Below are positions 8,231 to 19,117 of a DNA stretch of 32,000 nt, piece after piece (the stretch's first letter is position 1; the number at the start of each line of letters is the position of its first letter). Origin of the DNA: Mycoplasma todarodis (GTDB lineage: Bacteria > Bacillota_I > Bacilli_A > Mycoplasmatales > Metamycoplasmataceae); the NCBI RefSeq assembly GCF_965212735.1, contig NZ_CBDBYJ010000002.1, forward strand, positions 96,692-128,691. Reading direction: 5' to 3'. Position numbers and translations under genes: made by a program. The notes under the pieces are model-generated. The model had not been told where the DNA came from. It worked only from the letters and a program-made list of their open reading frames with translations, and did not search any database.

Positions 8231-9226
8231 ATGAATAATTTAACTAAAAGACAACAAGAATATCTACTCTTAATAACAAGAGAATATATATCAAGCGGTA
8301 ACCCAGTTGGTTCAGCTTCTTTAATAAAAGAATTTGCACTTGACGTATCACCAGCAACAGTACGTAACGAGATGGCAGCACTAGAGAAAAAAGGATACTT
8401 AGAAAAATGCCATACATCATCAGGAAGAATACCATCAGCAGAAGGATTTTTACTATATGCCAATCATTCTAAAAATACTGATGTATCTGTAGAAATACAA
8501 AAACAACTTAAAACAATATTTGCCAAAAGAACAATTGGTATTGATCAAGTTCTTGAAGAAGCTGCAGAAGCTATTTCAACAATCACTGATTTAACATTGG
8601 TTACAAAAACTGATGCAGCTGATGAATTATGTAAATCAATTCAATTTGTTCCTTTAAACGAACAAAACGCAACAATTGTTATTGTTACTTCAACTGGTAG
8701 AGTGGAATCAAAACTAGTATCTGTTAAGAATGGTGCTCAATTAGAAGATATACGTATTGCAGTTAGAGTCTTAAAAGATAGATTAGTAAATACTTCAATG
8801 AAGAATCTTGCAATTAAAACGGAAGCATTGACAGGTATTGTTTCAGAAGAAGTTAAAGATTTTGAATTTGTTATCCAAGAGATGGTTACAAAAGTATTCG
8901 ACTTCCATACAAAACAAACATCACATGTTTATGGAAGAACTAATATTATTAAAAAACCTGAATTTAAAGATAGAGAAAAACTTATTAATATTATGGAAAG
9001 ATTGGAAAGTAAATCAATTTGAGAAACTATTGAAGATCAAGCTGATAACGAAGATGAAACATTGAAAATTTCAATATTAGATAATCAAGCATTGATTTCT
9101 AAGAAAATTCAAATTGGAACAGGTTCTATGGAAATCTCTGTTGTCGGATCTGATAGAGTTGACTATGAAAAAGCGCTTCCAATCTTAAAACTACTAGATG
9201 ACCTAGTTAATGGAGGGAAAAAATAA
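8231..9226 (+). CDS. hrcA: Heat-inducible transcription repressor HrcA
   Basis: MNNLTKRQQEYLLLITREYISSGNPVGSASL...VSPATVRNEMAALEKKGYLEKCHTSSGRIPS is a typical HrcA N-terminal wHTH. Reads through TGA at 9020-9022 to TAA at 9224-9226. 331 aa. Confidence 0.9.
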
Positions 9227-9750
9227 TGTCTACAACACAAGAAATTAAAACAAGCCCTGTAAATGACAGGAAGGGTATTGGGAGTTATGTTAAAAGAGAA
9301 CTTTCAAAATTAGAAAAATCTAAAAAGAAATCAAGAACATGATGAACAATTGTTACGTCATTAGTTGGACTTTGTAATATATCAATAGTTGTTATTGCTA
9401 TTTATGCTTTAATCGGAATTTCATTTAGAAAAGTTGGTGCTGATATCTTAGTTCCAGCTTCATTGGTTTGTTTAATTACAATCACATTATTCTTTATGGG
9501 ATTTGTTCTTGCTTTATATCAAAACTTCAAACAAGATCATAAGTACAAAAAAGCAATCGACACTATTCAAAATGAATATATGAAATATAAAAGTTCTTCA
9601 TACATTTATAAAGGTAAAAGCGAAAAAGAACAAACTGAGCTTTTAAGAAGTCAAATCCAAGAAGATTTAATAAATATATTTAAGGTTAAAAAGAAACCAA
9701 GTGTTTCAAAAATTATTGTTAAAACATTGATTGGAGATAAAGATGAGTAA
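9226..9750 (+). CDS. Small 2-TM membrane protein, paralog A (174 aa), SLATT/DUF4231-like layout
   Basis: The ATG overlaps the hrcA stop (TAATG) and is preceded by GGAGGG. Two adjacent in-frame TGA codons (WW). Layout is a basic helix (KLEKSKKKSRTWW), TM1 (TIVTSLVGLCNISIVVIAIYALIGI), TM2 (LVPASLVCLITITLFFMGFVLALY), then NFKQDHKYKKAIDTIQNEYMKYKSSSYIY. Confidence 0.75.
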
Positions 9751-10270
9751 AAAAATAAGAAAAAGTATTTATCATCTTCACGATACACCAATGGAATATG
9801 TTGAAGCGCGTAGAAAACACTCTAAAAGAGATTTAATAATTTTTAGACAATTATTTATTTGATTGAATGTTGCGATTGCTATAGCCGCTGCAACAATGGC
9901 GATACTAACAGCATTAATATTCTCACTATTATTATTTGGTGGAAAAAAACCTGCATGATTCTTCTTTATGGTTACTGGAGTTTCCGCAACTACAACAATG
10001 CTAACTTCATTCATTAACTTCTTTGTTATTAAAGGTAGATACCAAGAAGCTATGAAAATCAATCAACGTATTAGAGGACAAATTACTCTATATATTAATA
10101 AAGCTGGATTCTATTCAGAAGATTCTGAAAATAGAGAAATAACTCTTTACACAAGAGTCGCACAAATTTGTGGAAATTACGATGCTATTGGCGAAACAGA
10201 TGATAACGTCAAAGAAGTAGAAGAATTAATTAAGGAAACACGTAAAAGGAGTAAAAATGCAAAAAAATAA
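9743..10270 (+). CDS. Small 2-TM membrane protein, paralog B (175 aa)
   Basis: The ATG at 9743 overlaps the end of paralog A by 8 nt and is preceded by GGAG. Layout is EARRKHSKRDLIIFRQ, TM1 (LFIWLNVAIAIAAATMAILTALIFSLLLF), TM2 (WFFFMVTGVSATTTMLTSFINFFV), then IKGRYQEAMKINQRIRGQITLYINKAGFY. 2 in-frame TGA codons. Confidence 0.75.
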
Positions 10271-10703
10271 AATAGTTGAAATACTCCAAAAAGATGAAGG
10301 AGTTATGCATATTTGAAATGTATTTAATACACAATACAGAAAAACAAGATTCTACAATGTATTAATAAACAGTTCTATATTCATCCTTACTGCAACATTG
10401 GTACTAATTAACCTTTGAGCCATGTTAACGCTTAAAAACGCTCCTTATAATACTCATGATTGACAATGAGCAAGGAACTGTTTCTTAGTAATGGCTATTA
10501 TTACAGCGTTCACAGGATTACTTACATCAGCATTATCAATATTTAAGTTTAAAGATAAGACTAGACAAATCAAAGATGCTATCTCTTCTATTAAAGAAGA
10601 GTATAAAGAATATAAGTCAAAAGACGGAAGATATTCTGAGTTCAAAAATAAAGATCAAGTATTCATTGAATTTGTTTCTGAAGCAGCATTTATAGAGTTT
10701 TAA
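10257..10703 (+). CDS. Small 2-TM membrane protein, paralog C (148 aa)
   Basis: The ATG at 10257 overlaps the end of paralog B by 14 nt and is preceded by AAAGGAG. Layout is QYRKTRFYNVL, TM1 (INSSIFILTATLVLINLWAML), TM2 (CFLVMAIITAFTGLLTSALSIF), then KFKDKTRQIKDAISSIKEEYKEYKSKDGRY. 4 in-frame TGA codons. Confidence 0.75.
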
Positions 10704-10724
10704 AAGGCACATGTGTCTTTTTTT
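10703..10724 (+). terminator. Rho-independent terminator closing the hrcA / 2-TM transcription unit
   Basis: aaaggca catg tgtcttt hairpin followed by a T-run. The T-run merges directly into the left arm of the second CIRCE. Confidence 0.6.
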
Positions 10725-10749
10725 AGCACTCTTATGCAACAAGTGCTAA
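10723..10749 (+). promoter_or_regulatory. CIRCE HrcA operator upstream of grpE-dnaK
   Basis: TTAGCACTC-ttatgcaac-AAGTGCTAA has canonical spacing and one mismatch in the right arm. A -10-like TATGAT at 10759-10764 lies 6 nt before the grpE ATG. Confidence 0.85.
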
Positions 10750-10770
10750 AAAATGTGATATGATTTGATT

Positions 10771-13265
<2,495 letters not shown>

Positions 13266-13286
13266 TTTTATTTTTATAAGTAATTC

Positions 13287-13312
13287 CCTTTCATACATAT
13301 AAAGATGAAAGG
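13287..13312 (+). promoter_or_regulatory. Hairpin sequestering the ribosome-binding site of the following gene
   Basis: CCTTTCAT (13287-13294) is a perfect 8-bp complement of ATGAAAGG (13305-13312), with a 10-nt loop. The 3' arm covers AAAGG of the SD AAAGGAG (13308-13314), and the start codon is at 13321. Confidence 0.5.
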
Positions 13313-13320
13313 AGATGAAA

Positions 13321-14571
13321 ATGATACCAATTTTACTTGGCGATATGCCAAAAGAGATTCCTAAAAGTAAGGTTGTAGAAAGAGAGGAACTTAATTATTC
13401 GATAAGTATGTCTCACACTGATTCTTCGGGCGTTAAAATAGCTAAAAACCCTAAACACATAAAGATGGAGGATCTTGTGGATTATCCAGGAGTATATATT
13501 GGGATAAGAAGACATCTGCGTTCCAATAGGTATTCTATTATTATTAAGTTTCTTGAACACGATTCTCAATATGAATTATCATACGCAAGAATAAACGGGA
13601 AACTATATAAAGAAAGTGAATTAAGTTACCTTAAGAATCCAAATGGGTTTTATCAAATTCATCCCGATAGCGGACTAGAAGGTTGATCAAGTGATTTAAA
13701 AGATTTTTCTTCAATAGTTTTAATAGCTACCAACAATATTACAGAATCCAAAACATTACGTTTCAGTTTTAATTTAAAATCTCATAAAAATACGGAAAAT
13801 AAAAAAGTTAATATGAATAAAAATCCAATAGATTTGGAGAGTGTTAATAATTCAAATTTCTTCTTTTTTTACAAACCAAACACAGGTGAATTTGTAGAAG
13901 AACATTGAAATATGTATAACCACTTAATACTAAAACCGCTTCCTATTAAAAATAGGGTCATTAAAGATATTTACGAGATTTACTCATATAATGATTCTAT
14001 TGATCCAGAAAAGAGGAAACCTGTTCAAGGAACTCCGATTGATAATTTTAAGTATATGCTTATGCAACGATATTTTAATCAGCATAGTGAAGATGAATCT
14101 TTGGAAAGAGATTTTGATTTTCATCAAGGGAAAATCGGTGGTTTAAAAGCTAATAAAAAAACCGAAATGGAAACATGGATTAACGTTGATAAAAAAAGTA
14201 AATATAACCTTGGTAAAATGTCCATAAAAAATTATTCGTATTACAATTTCAAACAAAAGAAAACAATAATAGAACCAAATAAAAGATCAGTTAAAGGGTA
14301 TATTTTTCCTCTTAATGAAAAAGGTGAGTTAAAAACACACTTAAGTTTTTCTCCGAATGCTGCATATAAAAAATTAGAGGTTTATAGACAATATAATATT
14401 GAGGATAAAGTGCTGGATATGTATGAAGGTTTGGTCTCTTTAAAGATTACGAACCCCAAGAAAACAAGCCTGCCAATTAAAAAAACAATGATTTTCAATA
14501 AAGAATCATTCAAAAAGATAATTTTAAATGATTTATCGCTTAAATCACTTGAGAGAATAAGTGATGAATAA
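13321..14571 (+). CDS. Hypothetical protein (416 aa), no recognisable family, no signal peptide
   Basis: ORFs 13315..13686 and 13912..14571 share the frame and join across 2 TGA codons. The ATG at 13321 sits 6 nt after AAAGGAG; the ATG at 13315 is an alternative. Contains one in-frame TGG Trp codon (14176-14178). Confidence 0.65.
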
Positions 14572-14986
14572 AATCAATAAAATCATTATATTAAGTTCTC
14601 CTGTTTTTATTTCTGGGATGGGTGTTGGTATTTATTATATTGTTAAAAATAATAAAAAAGATAAAGTTATCAGTAAACCCAACACAAGAAATGAAGAAGA
14701 AATATACAAACCTAGTTCCAAAACAATTTTCCCTTCTATAACATTCGACGAAGTATATGATGAAATTGTAATAGATGGTAAAGTTGCGATAATAAGCGAT
14801 GAAATGATAGCTAAAATGATTAAGTTAGTTTTTATGAGGATTAACACTTCACAAGGAGAGATAAAGGTGGAGATTGGTTATAGAGATAAAACCAATGTTG
14901 AACTAAAGTTCTCATGGATTTGCAATTCCAAAATTCAAGAAACAAAAATATATAATATGAAGTTGAAGTTTCAAGATTTGGTATAA
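14564..14986 (+). CDS. Hypothetical N-terminally membrane-anchored protein (140 aa)
   Basis: GTGATG start overlaps the stop of the upstream gene (translational coupling). The N-terminus KINKIIILSSPVFISGMGVGIYYIV is a single TM anchor. Contains one in-frame TGG (14915-14917). Confidence 0.6.
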   Translation: MNKINKIIILSSPVFISGMGVGIYYIVKNNKKDKVISKPNTRNEEEIYKPSSKTIFPSITFDEVYDEIVIDGKVAIISDEMIAKMIKLVFMRINTSQGEIKVEIGYRDKTNVELKFSWICNSKIQETKIYNMKLKFQDLV

Positions 14987-14993
14987 TAACAAC

Positions 14994-15221
14994 ATGAATA
15001 TTAAAGAACAAATTATCAAAACATTATCTAAAAACACAAAAATCAAAGTTACTGAAGCAACAAAGATTTCTGACTTAGGAATCGATTCATTAGATCTAAT
15101 GGATTTAGTGATTGAAGCGGAAGAACAAATTGGTGGAGAATTAAGTGAAGAAGTAATAACATCACTTAAAGAAAAAACTGTTGGAGAGATAATCAAAGAG
15201 CTAGAAAAAGTTGCTAAATAG
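14994..15221 (+). CDS. acpP: Acyl carrier protein
   Basis: 75 aa with the phosphopantetheine attachment motif LGIDSLDLMDLV (D-S-L). TATAAT at 14982-14987 lies 6 nt before the ATG. Confidence 0.85.
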   Translation: MNIKEQIIKTLSKNTKIKVTEATKISDLGIDSLDLMDLVIEAEEQIGGELSEEVITSLKEKTVGEIIKELEKVAK

Positions 15222-15309
15222 CATCTTTTTATTTTTTGATTTTATAAAAAATTAAAATAAATAGACCAAATGAGTCGTTTTTATTTTATAATTATTTAGC
15301 ATTACACGT

Positions 15310-15385
15310 AGGGGTGTAGTTCAATTGGTAGAACAGCCGGCTTCAACCCGGCATGTTGTGGGTTCAAGTCCTGTCACCCCTGCCA
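15310..15385 (+). tRNA. tRNA-Trp (anticodon UCA, reads UGA and UGG)
   Basis: Acceptor aggggtg/cacccct, anticodon stem gccgg/ccggc with loop cttcaac (anticodon TCA), T-loop ttcaagt, encoded CCA. 76 nt. Confidence 0.9.
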
Positions 15386-15426
15386 TTTTTTTTCGCCTTT
15401 TTTTACAAAACAAAAAATAGGTTTCC

Positions 15427-16251
15427 CTATTTTTTTAATGCCATAATTCCAACTGCTTCTAATCCAACATGCAATGCTATTGCTGAAGGTAAGTATATTT
15501 CTATTGGCTTTTTACCAGTTGCAGTTTCAATACGTTGTAAGTGTTCTTTTATGTCTTTGTTCCCAACATGATATACGTATAGGTCACAATTATCAGCTCC
15601 AAATTTATTAATAGTATCTTTAGCAGCTTTTGTTACTGTTTTTTGGAAGGTTCTACCTTTTCCATATTTATTCAGTTCTCCTTGTGCAAAAGAAATCATT
15701 GGTACAATTTTCAACATTGTAGCCATTGAAGCTACAGTTGATCCTACTCTACCACCTTTCACAAGTCAATCAAGTGAATGAGGAAGTAAAACAGCAAAAT
15801 AATCATCTCTTGAATTATGTAGAGTATCTAATATTTCTTCTATTTCTTTTCCTTCTTTGGCCATTCTCTCTGCTTTTTCACATTGGACAACATTAATCTT
15901 TGAAAGACCATGCGACTCTATAATGTGTATATTTGAAAATTCTTTAGCAAACATTTTTAAATTATTTGTTTGACTTGAAAGTTCTGAAGATAAAGGGTAA
16001 ACAATGATGTGGTCATATTTATCAGTCATTCTTTCGAATTCTGCTAAAACTTCCCCTGGTGCTGAAGCAGATGTTCTAACCTCAGTTTCCAATGTTAATT
16101 TATCATAAACTCCTTGTGTTGTGATATCAATACCATCAGCGTAATCTACTTTATCTAAAAAAATGTGTAAAGGGATGAAACCTCAGCCCCTATCTTCTGC
16201 TTCCTTTTTTGAAAGACCAGAAGACGAATCTACTATTATTCCTAATTTCAT
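15427..16251 (-). CDS. DegV-family fatty-acid-binding protein, paralog 2
   Basis: Minus-strand ORFs 15427..15762 and 15766..16092 plus an N-terminal part join across 2 TGA codons. The protein starts MKLGIIVDSSSGLSKKEAEDRGWGFIPLHIF.. and is collinear with DegV-1. 274 aa. Confidence 0.85.
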
Positions 16252-16337
16252 ATAGACATTATAACAATTACTATCAAACTATGAGTATTTTAATAACTTT
16301 ATCTCCAACAATTTTTGCATTCATATATAATAAATAT

Positions 16338-16913
16338 ATGGCTTTAATATATTGAAATAAGACATCTTTACAAGATCAAGCAATAATTTGATTTAAAGAT
16401 TCAAACAAAGAAAAAATAAACGTTGAACAACATGATGGTTTCACATTAATTAAGGAAGAAAACGAAATCGTTGGGGTTAACATACAAAACGCATCATCTA
16501 TACTAAAATTAAAAGAAGGTGCTCAATCAATTACAGATGAAATGATTACAACAATGAACGAAAAATTAAAACTAGATATTTCAGAACTTAACACAAGTTC
16601 AATGTTAGTTGTTGGAGAAATATTAGAAAGAAAAGCACATCCTAACTCAGATAGATTAGCAGTGCTTAAAGTTCAAGCACACAAAGAACTAAAAATTGTA
16701 ACTAACACTACAAACTCTGTTGAAGGAGCTAAGATTGTTGTTGCAAAACTTGGAGCGATATTACCATCAGGAACAATGATTAAACCTGCTAAGGTTATGG
16801 GTGTAGCTTCTGAAGGAATGTTATGTGGTGGAGAAACTCTTGGTTTAGAAAAAACAAATGGAGCAGCATACATTGTTAAGGATTTAAATCCTGGAGACGA
16901 ATTCGTTTTATAA
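16338..16913 (+). CDS. YtpR-like tRNA-binding-domain protein
   Basis: ATG at 16338, 2 in-frame TGA codons. The C-terminal part VVGEILERKAHPNSDRLAVLKVQ...MGVASEGMLC matches the tRNA_bind (CsaA / PheT N-terminal / EMAP-like) OB fold. The N-terminal region is of the type found in Firmicute YtpR. 191 aa. Confidence 0.75.
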
Positions 16914-16940
16914 ATTTAAAGAAATGAGAGGTATAAATAT

Positions 16941-17288
16941 ATGTCAATAGCAACATCAGTTCTAATTATTGTCGCAATCATAGCAACAATATTACTTATA
17001 TTTGCAATACTGTATGCGATTGCTGCATTTAGAAGAATGTCAATCACTTACAAAAAGGTCGATTACTTAATTGAAGATTTAACTTATAAATCAGAAATGT
17101 TGAATTCGACAGTTGAAACAATTTCAAAAACAGCAAACTACTTGGATGCTTTTGAAGTTGTCGCTAAGAAGAATGTTAAATCAGCAATTAAATTAGCTTC
17201 AAGAAATAGAGATACTATCTATGCTGTAGCTGAAAGATTGAAAGATCTTGCAACTGGTGAAACAGAAGAGAAAAAAGGAGGTAAATAA
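16941..17288 (+). CDS. DUF948-like membrane-anchored protein
   Basis: N-terminal TM (IATSVLIIVAIIATILLIFAILYAIAAF) followed by a helical region (..KVDYLIEDLTYKSEMLNSTVETISKTANYL..), typical of Firmicute DUF948 proteins. Adjacent to a YtxH-like gene, as in Firmicutes. Confidence 0.6.
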   Translation: MSIATSVLIIVAIIATILLIFAILYAIAAFRRMSITYKKVDYLIEDLTYKSEMLNSTVETISKTANYLDAFEVVAKKNVKSAIKLASRNRDTIYAVAERLKDLATGETEEKKGGK

Positions 17289-17758
17289 TGAAAGTAAGTA
17301 CATTATTATTTTTAATTGGTGCAACTGCCATTGGTGTTCATTTACAATCAGAAGAGGGTGAAGAAAACCGTAAAAAGCTGAAAGAACAAATGGATAATTT
17401 ATCTCCTGTTGTTAATGATATCTTTAAAAAACTTGAAGCAGCTCTTACAGGTGCTGAATCAATCAAGTCTGATGAGATTAGAACTAATGTTGAAATGAGA
17501 GTTAACGAAGTTAAGAAACAAATCGCAAAAGTTGATGCTAAGAAAGTTGGAGACGCAACTGAAGAAGCAATTAAAGTAGCATCTAAAAAAATTAGAGATA
17601 TTAGAACTCAAATCGAAACAGCAGAACATTACACAGATAATTACGATGAAATGACTGTTGCAGAACTAAAAGAAGAAGCTAAAAAGATGAAGGTTACAAT
17701 AGCATCTAGAGATAAAAAAGCTGATATCATTTCAAAACTTAGAAAAGCAGAAAAATAA
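17288..17758 (+). CDS. YtxH-like membrane-anchored protein with a Rho_N/SAP-like C-terminal motif
   Basis: The ATG overlaps the upstream stop (TAATG). N-terminal TM (VSTLLFLIGATAIGV), a long charged helical region, and the C-terminal sequence MTVAELKEEAKKMKVTIASRDKKADIISKLRKAEK, which resembles the Rho N-terminal helical motif. Confidence 0.6.
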   Translation: MKVSTLLFLIGATAIGVHLQSEEGEENRKKLKEQMDNLSPVVNDIFKKLEAALTGAESIKSDEIRTNVEMRVNEVKKQIAKVDAKKVGDATEEAIKVASKKIRDIRTQIETAEHYTDNYDEMTVAELKEEAKKMKVTIASRDKKADIISKLRKAEK

Positions 17759-17770
17759 TTAATTTGAATA

Positions 17771-17795
17771 ATAGTCTTAATAGACTATTTTTTTA
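17771..17795 (+). terminator. Rho-independent terminator
   Basis: atagtct / agactat hairpin followed by a T-run, then immediately TATATAAT of the tyrS promoter. Confidence 0.7.
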
Positions 17796-17807
17796 TATAA
17801 TTAGACT

Positions 17808-19032
<1,225 letters not shown>

Positions 19033-19034
<2 letters not shown>

Positions 19035-19056
19035 TTCGCATTGCGAATTTTTTTAT
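19033..19056 (+). terminator. Rho-independent terminator of tyrS
   Basis: aattcgc att gcgaatt hairpin followed by a T-run. Confidence 0.8.
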
Positions 19057-19080
19057 ATCCTTTTGACTAAAAAAAGACAA

Positions 19081-19104
19081 AGAAAAAATAACCCGAAGGT
19101 TATT
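19081..19104 (-). terminator. Rho-independent terminator of rpsD
   Basis: aataacc cgaa ggttatt hairpin. On the minus strand it is followed by a T-run. Confidence 0.7.
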
Positions 19105-19117
19105 ATGAATTTTCTTA

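Noticed and set aside
8838-9065. 75-aa plus-strand ORF overlapping the 3' part of hrcA in another frame. A similar one lies at 28582..28794 inside dnaI, and another at 27823..28071 inside dnaB.
   Set aside because: These are out-of-frame overlaps with well-supported genes. They are Lys/Leu-rich low-complexity translations with no start signals.
13305-13364. A 19-codon ORF (MKGDENDTNFTWRYAKRDS) starts at the ATG within the hairpin 3' arm, out of frame with the 416-aa gene.
   Set aside because: It has no SD of its own, overlaps the better-supported start at 13321 and has no recognisable features. It is probably fortuitous.
15353-15571. 72-aa plus-strand ORF that begins inside tRNA-Trp and runs antisense to DegV-2.
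   Set aside because: It starts within a tRNA gene, crosses a T-run terminator-like tract and lies antisense to a solid DegV CDS. No supporting signals were found.
17759-17807. A T-box riboswitch was expected upstream of tyrS, as in many Firmicutes.
   Set aside because: The intergenic region is only 49 nt and is fully accounted for by a terminator hairpin plus a TATATAAT promoter. There is no room for a T-box leader.
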